64,000 nucleotides of DNA, taken from positions 61,593 to 125,592 of the forward strand of contig JBOFYY010000144.1 of the NCBI GenBank assembly GCA_051654905.1, in the 5' to 3' direction. The position numbers and the translations under genes are program-made. Position 1 is the first letter of the stretch; every line of letters begins with the position of its first letter. The notes beneath the pieces are model-generated. The model made no database searches, was not told the origin of the DNA, and saw only the letters and a program-made list of their open reading frames with translations. Below, in pieces: positions 29,621-39,646 of this stretch. This DNA comes from Propionibacteriaceae bacterium (GTDB taxonomy: Bacteria; Actinomycetota; Actinomycetes; Propionibacteriales; Propionibacteriaceae).

Positions 29621-32524
29621 GTGGCCAAGGTCCGCGTCTACGAGCTCGCACGTGAGCTCGGATACGAAAGTAAGGAAGTCCTCGCGACCCTCAAGGATAT
29701 GGGCGAGTTTGTCGCCTCAGCATCCTCGACGATCGAGGCGCCGGTTGCTCGCAAGCTCCGCGACAAGTTCGCAGCTTCTAGCACCCCCAAGAATGATAAA
29801 GAGAAGCCTAAAGCTTCCCCCAAGCCTGCTCCGGCTGCTAAGAGTGCCCCGGTCACTTCGACCGAAAAACCTGCAGCTCCGAAGCCGGCTCCAGCGCGTC
29901 CGGCAGCTCCAAAGCCTGTCGCTAAGGAGATCCCATCTCCTAGCTTCAGTGCAGGTTCTGATGCTGCTAAGACAACTGAAACTAATAAACCTGAGGTAGC
30001 TAAACCAGCTACTTCTTCAGCGCCACGTCCAAGTGTGCCTATGCCCGGACCTCGTCCGAGCGCTTCAGCTCCTCGACCAGGCGCTCCAGCTCCTCGACCA
30101 GGAGCTTCAGCACAGCGACCTACTAAATCAGGAGTACGTCCAGGTTCAACTGGAGGTTTGCCCGGACCTCGTCCTCGCAATGGTCAGTCGCGACCAGGAA
30201 ATAATCCTTTCGCTGCATCGCAAGGAATGGGTGCCCCGCGTCGTCCGCAACAGGGCGGCAATGGCGGTGCGCCACGCTCTGGTGGACAGCAAGGTGGCAA
30301 TGGCGGTGCGCCACGCTCTGGTGGACGTTCTGCAGGATCGTCAGCCGGTAATGGTGAGCAGCGCATGCCACGTCCCGGTGGTTTGTCGGGAATGCCACGT
30401 CCTAACCCTGCCATGATGCCTAAGACGGCAAGCGCTGCCCTTACCGGTGGCGCAGGTCGTCCTGGCGGTGGCGGTCGTGGTGGACGTGGTGGCAGTCGCC
30501 CCGGTGGCGGTAGTCGTCCCGGTGGTGCACCAGGTGGCGCTACAACAGGTCCAGTTGGTGGCGGTCGTGGCGGTCGTGGCGGTCGTGGCGGCTCGGGCAC
30601 CCAGGGTGCTTTTGGTCGTAGCGGTCCTGGTGGTCGTCGCGGACGTAAGAGTAAGAAGCAGCGTCGTCAAGAATTTGACCAGATGGAGGCCCCCACCGTT
30701 GGCGGTGTGCGCATCCGTCAGGGTGAAGGACAGACAGTTCGACTCCGTCGTGGCGCTTCATTGACTGATCTTGGTGAAAAGATTGGTTTGGATGCAGCAC
30801 AGTTGGTACAGGTGCTGTTTGGTCTTGGTGAAATGGTTACCGCGACTCAGTCAGTTCCTGACGAAACGCTGGAAATCCTTGGCACCGAGCTTAATTACGA
30901 CATCAAGGTAGTATCCCCAGAAGATGAGGATCGTGAGCTTCTAGAGTCCTTCAACCTCGAATTCGGGGAAGATGAAGGCGATGAAGATGATTTGATGGCA
31001 CGTCCGCCGGTAGTAACAGTCATGGGCCACGTCGATCATGGTAAGACGAAGTTGCTTGATGCACTTCGTAAATCCAATGTGGTCGCGAAAGAAGCCGGTG
31101 GTATTACTCAGGCAATTGGTGCCTACCAGGTAGCTACCAATGTTGACGGTAACGACCGGGCGATCACCTTCATTGATACACCAGGTCACGAAGCCTTTAC
31201 CGCGATGCGTGCTCGAGGCGCTAAGTCAACTGACATTGCAGTGCTAGTGGTTGCAGCTGATGATGGTGTGATGCCTCAGACTATCGAGGCTCTTAACCAT
31301 GCTCAGGCAGCAGAGGTTCCGATCGTGGTGGCAGTCAACAAGGTTGATAAGCCTACGGCGGATCCGACGAAGGTTCGTGGACAGCTAACCGAATATGGTC
31401 TAGTTCCAGAAGAGTACGGCGGCGAAACAATGTTCGTCGATGTCTCTGCTGTTTCTGGCGAAGGTTTAGACAAGCTCCTAGAAGCTATCGTGCTAACCGC
31501 AGATGCTGCTTTGGATCTGCGCGCTAACCCAGATATGCCAGCTCAGGGTGTTGCCATTGAGGCGCATCTTGATAAGGGTCGTGGTCCAGTAGCAACTGTC
31601 CTTATCCATCGCGGTACTTTGCGCTTGGGTGATTCGATTGTTTCTGGTCCTGCTTATGGACGTGTTCGTGCTTTGATCAATGATCGTGGCGAGAATATCT
31701 CCGAAGCGCCGCCGTCGATGCCAGTACAGGTACTGGGTCTTACTGCGGTTCCGGGTGCTGGCGATAATTTGCTGGTAGTAGAAGATGACCGCATGGCTCG
31801 TCAGATTGCTGACAAGCGTGAGGCTCGAATGCGTGCAGCTCAGCAGGCTAAGACCGGTCGCCGTAAGACTCTCGATCAGCTCTTCGAGCAGATGGAGAAG
31901 GGCGAGAAGCAGGAACTCTTGCTTATTCTCAAGGGTGATTCTGCTGGTTCTGTGGAAGCTCTCGAAGATGCCTTGTCCAAGATTCAGGTTGCTGACGATG
32001 AAGTTACGCTTCGCGTCATTGACCGTGGTGTGGGCGCTATTACGCTCAATAACATCAACTTGGCGAAGGCTTCTGATGCGGTAATCCTCGGATTCAACGT
32101 TCGGGCAGAGGGGCAAAATGCTCAGCTCGCGGATCGCGAAAATGTCGATATCCGTTACTACTCGATCATCTACCAGGCAATCGACGATATTGAGGCTGCC
32201 CTCAAGGGTATGCTAAAGCCGATCTACGAAGAAGTTCAGCTGGGCACCGCGGAAATCCGCGAGGTCTTCAAGAGCTCCAAGATCGGTACCATCGCTGGTT
32301 GTATGGTGCAGTCGGGAACGATCAAACGTCACAGCAAGGCTCGTCTGGTCCGCGACGGTATCGTCGTTGTCGAGACCGAGATCAACACGTTGCGTCGTGA
32401 AAAGGACGACGTCACTGAGGTACGTGAAGGATATGAGTGTGGTCTAACGCTCACTAACTACACAGATATCAAGGTGGGCGACGTGATTGAGACGCATACA
32501 TTGGTCGAAAAGGCTCGTAGCTGA
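29621..32524 (+). CDS. infB: Translation initiation factor IF-2
   Basis: [15 protein letters not shown]-terminus, a long Pro/Ala/Gly/Arg low-complexity linker, and the GTPase motifs [13 protein letters not shown] and NKVD. Confidence 0.97.
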   Translation: MAKVRVYELARELGYESKEVLATLKDMGEFVASASSTIEAPVARKLRDKFAASSTPKNDKEKPKASPKPAPAAKSAPVTSTEKPAAPKPAPARPAAPKPVAKEIPSPSFSAGSDAAKTTETNKPEVAKPATSSAPRPSVPMPGPRPSASAPRPGAPAPRPGASAQRPTKSGVRPGSTGGLPGPRPRNGQSRPGNNPFAASQGMGAPRRPQQGGNGGAPRSGGQQGGNGGAPRSGGRSAGSSAGNGEQRMPRPGGLSGMPRPNPAMMPKTASAALTGGAGRPGGGGRGGRGGSRPGGGSRPGGAPGGATTGPVGGGRGGRGGRGGSGTQGAFGRSGPGGRRGRKSKKQRRQEFDQMEAPTVGGVRIRQGEGQTVRLRRGASLTDLGEKIGLDAAQLVQVLFGLGEMVTATQSVPDETLEILGTELNYDIKVVSPEDEDRELLESFNLEFGEDEGDEDDLMARPPVVTVMGHVDHGKTKLLDALRKSNVVAKEAGGITQAIGAYQVATNVDGNDRAITFIDTPGHEAFTAMRARGAKSTDIAVLVVAADDGVMPQTIEALNHAQAAEVPIVVAVNKVDKPTADPTKVRGQLTEYGLVPEEYGGETMFVDVSAVSGEGLDKLLEAIVLTADAALDLRANPDMPAQGVAIEAHLDKGRGPVATVLIHRGTLRLGDSIVSGPAYGRVRALINDRGENISEAPPSMPVQVLGLTAVPGAGDNLLVVEDDRMARQIADKREARMRAAQQAKTGRRKTLDQLFEQMEKGEKQELLLILKGDSAGSVEALEDALSKIQVADDEVTLRVIDRGVGAITLNNINLAKASDAVILGFNVRAEGQNAQLADRENVDIRYYSIIYQAIDDIEAALKGMLKPIYEEVQLGTAEIREVFKSSKIGTIAGCMVQSGTIKRHSKARLVRDGIVVVETEINTLRREKDDVTEVREGYECGLTLTNYTDIKVGDVIETHTLVEKARS
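30257..30326 (+). repeat. In-frame tandem duplication within infB (31-nt identical cores, 39-nt period)
   Basis: GGCAATGGCGGTGCGCCACGCTCTGGTGGAC occurs at 30257-30287 and again at 30296-30326 ([11 protein letters not shown] twice). A nearby (GGTCGTGGC)n run encodes [11 protein letters not shown]. Confidence 0.85.
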
Positions 32525-32533
32525 TTTTCTAGC

Positions 32534-32578
32534 GACACGCCCGTCCCTGGTCCGGTATGGTCGAGGGACGGGCGTGTC
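32534..32578 (+). promoter_or_regulatory. Perfect 15-bp stem-loop in the infB-rbfA spacer, with no U-tract
   Basis: GACACGCCCGTCCCT (32534-32548) pairs with AGGGACGGGCGTGTC (32564-32578) around a 15-nt loop. It is followed by CGTGTCATGAAAGG rather than a T run. Confidence 0.6.
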
Positions 32579-32591
32579 CGTGTCATGAAAG

Positions 32592-33053
32592 GTGGTTATC
32601 GTGGGCAATCCGCGTAATCTCAAACTTGCTGACCAAATCAAGGTCATTGTTGCTCAGTTGCTAGAACGTCGTGTGAAGGATCCCCGATTGGGATTTGTCA
32701 CTATCACCGATGTGCGGTTAACCGGCGATGGGCGTGAATGCACGCTCTTTTATACAGTTTTTGGATCAGCTGAAGAAGCTGCTTCCACAGCTGCGGCCTT
32801 GACCTCAGCTACTGGAATGTTGCGGACTCAAGTTGGTAAGCAGTTGGGGCTAAAGTTCACCCCAACACTGGCTTTCATCGCTGATGCGATGCCAGAAAGT
32901 GCGGCTGCAATGGAGGATGTATTGCGTCGCGCTAAAGAATCTGACGAAGCTGTTGCGGCAGTATCTGCAGGTAAAACTTATGCTGGAGATGCTGATCCGT
33001 ATCGTCGTTCAGAAGATCTTGAAGACGATATCGATGATGAGGATCAGGTGTGA
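32592..33053 (+). CDS. rbfA: Ribosome-binding factor A
   Basis: LADQIKVIVAQLLERRVKDPRLGFVTITDVRLTGD is typical of RbfA. The start may instead be GTG 32601, which is better spaced from AAAGGTGG. Confidence 0.9.
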   Translation: MVIVGNPRNLKLADQIKVIVAQLLERRVKDPRLGFVTITDVRLTGDGRECTLFYTVFGSAEEAASTAAALTSATGMLRTQVGKQLGLKFTPTLAFIADAMPESAAAMEDVLRRAKESDEAVAAVSAGKTYAGDADPYRRSEDLEDDIDDEDQV

Positions 33054-33925
33054 CCGCCAGATCAGGTCTGATTATTGTCGATAAGCCGGCCGGCTGGACC
33101 TCTCATCAGGTTGTTGGCCGGCTACGTCGGCTCTTGGGTACCCGTAAAGTTGGGCACGCTGGCACTCTTGATCCCATGGCAACGGGGTTATTGGTAGTAG
33201 GCGTGAATCGAGCAACGCGACTGCTGGGGCATTTAGCGCTTCACGATAAGCGTTATATTGCAACGATTCGGTTGGGTGCTGATACCGTAACTGACGATGC
33301 CGAGGGCGAAGTCCTCACGGTTGTTGATGCTTCGCATTTGAGCGATGAGGCGATTATCGCTGCAACTAAAAAGTATCTGGGCGATATTGTGCAAGTTCCT
33401 AGCTCAGTGTCAGCTATCAAAGTAAATGGCGAGCGTTCTTATGCGCGGGTACGAGCTGGCGAGAGCGTTGAGTTGAAAGCGCGCCCAGTCACTATTTCTC
33501 GTTATGACGTAGTTGAGATTCGTCGTGAAGATAATCTTGTTGATGTTGATATTGACGTAGAAGCAACTAGCGGAACTTATATTCGAGCCTTGGCGCGAGA
33601 TTTAGGACGTGATCTGAAAGTCGGCGGACATCTGACTATGTTGCGACGTCTTAGGGTTGGTCCATTCTTGTTAGATCATTGTGGGGTTGCTGATCTAACT
33701 GTCGAAGATGCTGAAGTAAAGATTACTAAGATGGGGGAAGCTGCTGAGTTATGTTTCCCGACAGTCACAGTGCCAGCTGAGTTACTTTGGCGGATTACGG
33801 TAGGACAAACTGTGCCGCTAGCTATCTCTAGCGATCCGACGGCATTGTTGAACGATGCTGGCGAATTATTGGCGTTATATCGTCCAGATGGGGAATATGC
33901 ACGCCCTATCGCGGTATTGGCATAG
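33050..33925 (+). CDS. truB: tRNA pseudouridine-55 synthase
   Basis: GLIIVDKPAGWTSH and the catalytic motif VGHAGTLDPMATGLL. The start overlaps the rbfA stop. Confidence 0.95.
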   Translation: MTARSGLIIVDKPAGWTSHQVVGRLRRLLGTRKVGHAGTLDPMATGLLVVGVNRATRLLGHLALHDKRYIATIRLGADTVTDDAEGEVLTVVDASHLSDEAIIAATKKYLGDIVQVPSSVSAIKVNGERSYARVRAGESVELKARPVTISRYDVVEIRREDNLVDVDIDVEATSGTYIRALARDLGRDLKVGGHLTMLRRLRVGPFLLDHCGVADLTVEDAEVKITKMGEAAELCFPTVTVPAELLWRITVGQTVPLAISSDPTALLNDAGELLALYRPDGEYARPIAVLA

Positions 33926-33961
33926 TTTGCGACTACGATAGCTGAGCAGGGACTGGAGAGG

Positions 33962-34867
33962 ATGACAAGCGTGTCAACAAGGGTGGCTGTTATTGGTAAC
34001 TTCGATGGAGTTCATCGAGGTCACCAGGGTTTGCTTGCTGCTGCACAAGCAGTAACGCCAAACTCAGAGATTATTGCGGTCACTTTCTGGCCTCACCCCA
34101 TGAGCGTGGTACGTCCAGATAAAGCTCCAAAACTTTTGTGTTCGTTAGCGGAGCGGAAACGGTTACTACTTGCTGCTGGCGCTAGTGAAGTAGTTGTGAT
34201 TGATTTTACTGAGGAGTTTGCGCAGCAACCGGCAGCAAGTTTTGTGGCTGAAGTGTTGGCTCCGCTGGGGATAGCTCATGTAGTAGTAGGGGAGAACTTC
34301 AGATTTGGGCATCGAGCTGCTGGTGATGTTGCTCAACTTACGCAGTTAGCGCATGACAATGGCATGACGGTTTCTTCGGTTCCGTTGGTGAAAGTATGTG
34401 ACGAAGAGACTTGCTCGACAGCTATCAGACGTGCTTTGGCTAATGGTGATGTTGATGCTGCACAAGAGCAGCTGGGGCGTCGCTTTGCTTATCGAGGCAC
34501 AGTAGTTCAGGGTGCGCAGCGGGGGAGAGAACTAGGTTTTCCTACTGCAAATGTTATTGTCCCTGATTCCATGGCAGCTCCTGCTGATGGTGTCTATGCT
34601 GGCTGGGTACACCGCTGCGATGACAACTCAGAACCATTACCTGCTGCTATTTCAGTGGGCACGAATCCTACTTTTGAAGATATTCATCGTACAGTGGAGT
34701 CATATGTGCTAGATCGCCATGATTTAGAGCTATATGGTGTCGAGATCGAAGTGGAGTTCGTGGCACGGTTGCGAGGAATGGTTAAGTACTCGGGGCTAGA
34801 GCCACTGATTGCACAGATTCATGATGATGTTTCTCGAACTCGTAAAGTGTTGGGGCTGGCTTCGTAG
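33962..34867 (+). CDS. ribF: Bifunctional riboflavin kinase / FAD synthetase
   Basis: [10 protein letters not shown] nucleotidyltransferase motif, and the C-terminal kinase motifs GFPTAN and PTFE. Confidence 0.93.
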   Translation: MTSVSTRVAVIGNFDGVHRGHQGLLAAAQAVTPNSEIIAVTFWPHPMSVVRPDKAPKLLCSLAERKRLLLAAGASEVVVIDFTEEFAQQPAASFVAEVLAPLGIAHVVVGENFRFGHRAAGDVAQLTQLAHDNGMTVSSVPLVKVCDEETCSTAIRRALANGDVDAAQEQLGRRFAYRGTVVQGAQRGRELGFPTANVIVPDSMAAPADGVYAGWVHRCDDNSEPLPAAISVGTNPTFEDIHRTVESYVLDRHDLELYGVEIEVEFVARLRGMVKYSGLEPLIAQIHDDVSRTRKVLGLAS

Positions 34868-35010
34868 CAGTATTTGCGATTCGCTCGAATGGAGTAAGCC
34901 TGGTAGGCTTGTTTAAGCCGTTAGATCGGCCGCGGATCCCCAAGAGCTGGAATCATCTTACGATGAGGCTAGCGCCGCGCAACGGGAACTACGAAAGGAG
35001 AGCAGCACAC

Positions 35011-35274
35011 ATGGACGCTGCCGCGAAGAAGAAGATTATCGAAGAGTACGCAACCAAGCCGGGCGATACTGGTTCACCGGATGTACAGATTGCGCTGCTC
35101 ACCAAGCGTATTGCTCACCTCACCGAGCACCTCAAGCAGCATAAGGGCGATCACCACAGCCGTCGTGGCCTAATGTTGATGGTTGGTCAGCGTCGTCGTC
35201 TACTGAACTACGTTGCCAAGAATGACATCGAACATTACCGTTCGTTGATCAGCCGTCTTGGACTGCGTCGGTGA
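35011..35274 (+). CDS. rpsO: 30S ribosomal protein S15
   Basis: ..[50 protein letters not shown] is canonical S15. ATG 35011 follows AAAGGAG. Confidence 0.97.
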   Translation: MDAAAKKKIIEEYATKPGDTGSPDVQIALLTKRIAHLTEHLKQHKGDHHSRRGLMLMVGQRRRLLNYVAKNDIEHYRSLISRLGLRR

Positions 35275-35290
35275 TTTACTGACTTGGTGG

Positions 35291-35320
35291 AAGGGAGTGG
35301 TGCGACTCGCCACTCCCTTT
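35291..35320 (+). terminator. Stem-loop in the rpsO-pnp spacer (terminator, attenuator or processing site)
   Basis: AAGGGAGTGG / CCACTCCCTT forms a perfect 10-bp stem with a 9-nt loop and only a short TTT tail. Confidence 0.65.
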
Positions 35321-35509
35321 CGCACATCATTATCCCTTTGAATGGGATATAACAGAATTAACACAAAACCCTTGCATCAATAAGAGATTGAGAGAGTCCT
35401 CGGTCCTCGGTAGTGGTTTTCGGAAGGTAACCATATTTTCCGCGAGCCTCGATCGAAGACCGGCCTTTTCTGGAATCGCGATGTGATGCATACAGAAAGG
35501 AAATACCCC

Positions 35510-37717
35510 ATGGAGGGTCCTGATCTTAAATTCACCGAAGCCATTATTGATAATGGCAAATTCGGTAAGCACGTCGTTCGTTTTGAAACTGGCGTTCTAG
35601 CTCGTCAAGCCGATGGTGCAGCTGCGGTTTACCTTGATGGTGACACCATGCTGCTATCGGCAACTACTGCTAATAAAACTCCTCGGGATGCTATCGACTT
35701 CTTCCCGCTAACTGTTGATGTCGAAGAGCGTATGTACGCTGCCGGTCGTATTCCCGGTTCGTTCTTCCGTCGCGAAGGCCGTCCTTCTGAGGGAGCTATT
35801 TTGGCTGCCCGGTTGTGTGACCGACCGCTACGTCCATCCTTTGTTAAGGGATTGCGTAATGAGGTCCAGGTCGTAGTTACGGTACTTGCCCTCAACCCTA
35901 ATGTTCGCTACGACGTGCTAGCGATCAATGCTTCTTCGATTTCGACGCAGCTGGCAGGGCTACCATTCTCCGGTCCTATCGGCGGTCTTCGTATTGCTTT
36001 GATTGAAGACCAGTGGGTAGCTTTCCCAACCGTCGAGCAGTCTGAGGATGCTACTTTCGAAATGGCTATCGCTGGTCGGGTTCTTCCTGACGGTGATGTC
36101 GCCATCATGATGGTAGAAGCTGAATCCACCGAGTACACCTTCGAGTTGGTGCGCGCTGGCAAGAAGGCTCCGACTGAAGAGGTTGTAGCAGAAGGTCTAG
36201 AAGCCTCGAAGAAGTTCATCAAGGCACTATGTGATGCTCAGGCAGAACTTGCCGCTATGGCTCCTAAAGAAACCTATGACTTCCCGGTATTCCTTGATTA
36301 CCAGGATGACGTTTTTGCGGCAGTTTCTGATGCAGCTCAGGACGCTATGGCCAAGGCGATGACTATCGCTGGTAAGCAGGAGCGTGAAGCTGCTACTGAT
36401 GCCCTTAAAGCTGATGTTCATGCCGCGCTAGATGCCAAGTTCGAAGGCCGCGAGAAAGAAATCTCGGGAGCTTTCAAGGCTCTTCAGAAGAAGATCGTTC
36501 GTAATCGGGTTCTCACTGAGAAGATCCGTATGGATGGCCGTGGCCCCAGCGATATTCGTACCTTGTCAGCGGAGGTAGGCGTGCTGCCTCGCGTACACGG
36601 CTCGGCGCTATTCCAGCGTGGCGAAACCCAGATCTTGGGCGTATCAACGCTGAATATGCTGGGACTAGAGCAGAAGCTAGATACGCTCTCTCCAGAGAGC
36701 AGCAAGCGCTACATGCACCATTACAATTTCCCGCCGTACTCCACTGGCGAAACAGGTCGCGTAGGTTCGCCGAAGCGTCGTGAAATCGGACATGGGGCGC
36801 TTGCTGAGCGTGCCTTGGTACCGGTACTTCCAAACCGGGAAGAGTTCCCTTACGCGATCCGTGAGGTATCTGAGGCATTGGGCTCTAATGGTTCAACTTC
36901 GATGGGTTCAGTATGCGCCTCGACGCTAGCATTGCTGAATGCTGGTGTCCCGCTTAAGGCTCCCGTAGCTGGTATTGCCATGGGTCTGATGTCTGGCGAT
37001 ATTGATGGTGAAACCCGTTACGTTGCACTTACCGATATTTTGGGTGCTGAAGACGCTCTGGGCGACATGGACTTCAAAGTTGCCGGTACCCGAGAATTCG
37101 TAACTGCACTGCAGCTCGACACTAAACTCAACGGTATTCCTGCCGATGTGCTAGCTGGCGCTTTGTTACAGGCTCGGGATGCTCGTCACACCATTCTTGA
37201 TGTGATGAATGAGGCAATCGATACTCCTGATGAGATGTCTCCGTATGCTCCTCGTATCATTTCGATCCGAATCCCTGTCGATAAGATCGGTGAGGTGATC
37301 GGGCCTAAAGGCAAGATGATCAACCAGATCCAAGATGAGACTGGCGCTCAGATCACGATCGAAGACGACGGCACTATTTACATCGGTGCTGAAGAGGGCA
37401 CTGCTGCTGAAGCTGCCATGAACATGATCAACTCGATTGCTAACCCGCAGATGCCACAAAAGGGTGAGCGGTACCTAGGTACGGTAGTGAAGTTGACTAC
37501 CTTCGGTGCTTTCGTTTCGTTGACCCCGGGCAAGGACGGTTTGCTGCATATCAGCAAGCTCCGGGCACTTGCTGGTGGTAAGCGCGTCGAAAATGTTGAA
37601 GACCTGCTATCTGTGGGACAGAAGCTTCAGGTCGAGATCGACGAGATTGATGATCGCGGCAAGCTATCGTTGATCCCCGTCGTCGAAGACGAAGCTGCTG
37701 AGGCTAAGGCCGAATAG
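35510..37717 (+). CDS. pnp: Polyribonucleotide nucleotidyltransferase (PNPase)
   Basis: Two RNase PH domains, a KH domain ([15 protein letters not shown]) and an S1 domain ([15 protein letters not shown]). ATG 35510 was chosen. Confidence 0.97.
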   Translation: MEGPDLKFTEAIIDNGKFGKHVVRFETGVLARQADGAAAVYLDGDTMLLSATTANKTPRDAIDFFPLTVDVEERMYAAGRIPGSFFRREGRPSEGAILAARLCDRPLRPSFVKGLRNEVQVVVTVLALNPNVRYDVLAINASSISTQLAGLPFSGPIGGLRIALIEDQWVAFPTVEQSEDATFEMAIAGRVLPDGDVAIMMVEAESTEYTFELVRAGKKAPTEEVVAEGLEASKKFIKALCDAQAELAAMAPKETYDFPVFLDYQDDVFAAVSDAAQDAMAKAMTIAGKQEREAATDALKADVHAALDAKFEGREKEISGAFKALQKKIVRNRVLTEKIRMDGRGPSDIRTLSAEVGVLPRVHGSALFQRGETQILGVSTLNMLGLEQKLDTLSPESSKRYMHHYNFPPYSTGETGRVGSPKRREIGHGALAERALVPVLPNREEFPYAIREVSEALGSNGSTSMGSVCASTLALLNAGVPLKAPVAGIAMGLMSGDIDGETRYVALTDILGAEDALGDMDFKVAGTREFVTALQLDTKLNGIPADVLAGALLQARDARHTILDVMNEAIDTPDEMSPYAPRIISIRIPVDKIGEVIGPKGKMINQIQDETGAQITIEDDGTIYIGAEEGTAAEAAMNMINSIANPQMPQKGERYLGTVVKLTTFGAFVSLTPGKDGLLHISKLRALAGGKRVENVEDLLSVGQKLQVEIDEIDDRGKLSLIPVVEDEAAEAKAE

Positions 37718-37720
37718 TCC

Positions 37721-39064
37721 TTGACTACATATACGCATAAGGCCGCTCGGCCGCACCTCGGTGGCACTGTCCGCCGTACGGTGCTACCGAGCGGTCTTCG
37801 CGTCGTCACTGAGGATATGGCACATAGCCAAACACTCTCATTAGGATTTTTTATCCAAGTAGGGTCGCGTCATGAGTCGACTGGATTATGTGGTGCCGCT
37901 CATTTCTTGGAGCACGTTTTATTCAAAGGAACTGCGACGCGTTCTGCTCACGAATTGTCAGCTGCCTTTGATCGGGTAGGCGGTGAGTCCAATGCTTATA
38001 CCGCTAAAGACCACACCTGTTTCTTTGCCAAAGTGCTAGCTGATGATGCTGATATGGCTGTTGATGTCATGTCAGATATGTTGACGCATTCTTTGATTTG
38101 CGCTCCAGACGTCGAAAGCGAACGGGGCGTTATTCTCGATGAAATTTCAATGCATAATGATGATCCGCTAGAACTGGCATATTCGTTAGTAGCGAAAGGT
38201 CTTTACGGCGATCATGCTTTAGGGCGGGATGTGATAGGCACAGTTGCATCGATCACAGCCATGACTAGAGAGCAAGTCCATTCTTTTTGGAAGCGACATT
38301 ATCAACCTAGCGATATTGTGGTTTCTGCTGCCGGAGCTATCGACCATGACTGGTTAGTGGGAAAGCTATCGCTATTGCCGGGAACTCCTGTTACTCGTCG
38401 TATTCAGAAAGCCCCGCTAGCTCCGCTGAAACCGCTGGTCGTGACACGATCGCGCGACTCTGAGCAGTGCTCATGTTTATTAGCTTTTCGGGCTCCTGCT
38501 TATGAGAGCCAAGAACGTTATGCAGCAGACCTTCTTGCCACAGTTCTTGGTGGTGGAATGTCTTCACGGCTCTTTGATGAGGTTCGAGAGCAGCGTGGGT
38601 TGGCATACCATATTGATGCTTCGACGACGGCATATATGGATGCTGGGCAATTCACTGTGGAGTGGTTGTGTGCACCCGAACGAGTGGGGGAGATTGCTAA
38701 GATCGTCGAGAATATCATTACCCAAGTCGCGGTTCAGGGCATCACTAGCGAAGAACTGGCGCGAGCTAAAGGGCAACTAAGAGGACAAACGCTACTTGCT
38801 TTTGAATCTCCTGATACCCGCATGAATCGGTTAGGTAAAGCCGAACTCATGCATGATTCTCGTACGATGAATATGATTCTTGACGCCTATGAAGCTACTA
38901 CCGCTGAGCAAATTCGTGACCAAGCACGGTTGCTTTTTGCGCAGCATCCAGTTATGGCTGTAGTAGGAGCAAAAATAGATAAGCGTCCGCTGGATCGAAG
39001 AGTCGCTGGTTGGCGAGATGCGATCACTGTAGCTATAGCGAAAGCGGAAAAATCAGACAAGTGA
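37721..39064 (+). CDS. M16 family (pitrilysin-like) zinc peptidase
   Basis: Inverted zinc motif HFLEH with a downstream E, in the position after pnp where actinobacteria carry pepR. Confidence 0.85.
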   Translation: MTTYTHKAARPHLGGTVRRTVLPSGLRVVTEDMAHSQTLSLGFFIQVGSRHESTGLCGAAHFLEHVLFKGTATRSAHELSAAFDRVGGESNAYTAKDHTCFFAKVLADDADMAVDVMSDMLTHSLICAPDVESERGVILDEISMHNDDPLELAYSLVAKGLYGDHALGRDVIGTVASITAMTREQVHSFWKRHYQPSDIVVSAAGAIDHDWLVGKLSLLPGTPVTRRIQKAPLAPLKPLVVTRSRDSEQCSCLLAFRAPAYESQERYAADLLATVLGGGMSSRLFDEVREQRGLAYHIDASTTAYMDAGQFTVEWLCAPERVGEIAKIVENIITQVAVQGITSEELARAKGQLRGQTLLAFESPDTRMNRLGKAELMHDSRTMNMILDAYEATTAEQIRDQARLLFAQHPVMAVVGAKIDKRPLDRRVAGWRDAITVAIAKAEKSDK

Positions 39065-39583
39065 TGTGTGAAGACGTAGCGTCTTTAGCATTGCGCCATT
39101 CTCAGTAACAAGTTCTTGATGAGCACCATCTGGAGCAAAGTTCTGGCTTCTTAGGAATGTTCGTAACCCATCGAATGTTGTCGGTATCCAAATACGCGCA
39201 CGTTCAAAACGATCTGCTACCAGAGTTTCGGTTACCGCATGCATTAGTCGAGATCCATGTCCTTGCCGGCGGTGTCCTGACGCGATAACAAATTCTGCGA
39301 TAGTGGCGTCAGCAGTAGCTGCATCAGGATCATCGGCAGGTCCGATAGCAGCAAAACCAACTGGATGAGAATCATCGGTAGCTATCAAAACCCTAAATTG
39401 TGCTAGTGGTGGTGCAACGATAGCGCGATGCCATGCTTCAATCATGCTGAGTTCATCCATCTGTTCTAGGAAAGCTGCCGCAATTTCAGGGCAATGGTCT
39501 GTTTGCCAAGCCATACGCTGCATGCGGGCAATGACTTTAGCTTCGACTGGCAGTGCAAGGCGGACAGATGGCGGTGTAGACAT
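39053..39583 (-). CDS. GNAT family N-acetyltransferase
   Basis: Acetyl-CoA binding motif HRRQGHGSRLMHAV. Confidence 0.75.
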   Translation of the reverse strand: MSTPPSVRLALPVEAKVIARMQRMAWQTDHCPEIAAAFLEQMDELSMIEAWHRAIVAPPLAQFRVLIATDDSHPVGFAAIGPADDPDAATADATIAEFVIASGHRRQGHGSRLMHAVTETLVADRFERARIWIPTTFDGLRTFLRSQNFAPDGAHQELVTENGAMLKTLRLHTSLV

Positions 39584-39646
39584 GAGTTCCTCTTCGTGAT
39601 GGATTGATCCAATATGGGGGATCTATTCCCATTGTGACGATAGTGT

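Noticed and set aside
30257-30600. Direct repeats that might suggest a CRISPR-like or minisatellite array.
   Set aside because: The repeats are contiguous, in frame with infB and have no unique spacers. They encode Gly/Arg/Pro repeats of IF-2.
29638-30800. Several long ORFs on the minus strand and in alternate plus frames (for example 29638..30180, 30184..30600, 30341..30670, 30447..30764).
   Set aside because: They lie entirely inside the GC-rich, repeat-rich linker of infB and translate to low-complexity Pro/Gly/Arg/Thr/Ala/Val strings. They are a compositional artefact of the IF-2 coding frame.
31493-32116. A 207-aa minus-strand ORF inside the infB GTPase and C-terminal region.
   Set aside because: It is antisense to the strongly conserved IF-2 domains and its composition is implausible for a real protein.
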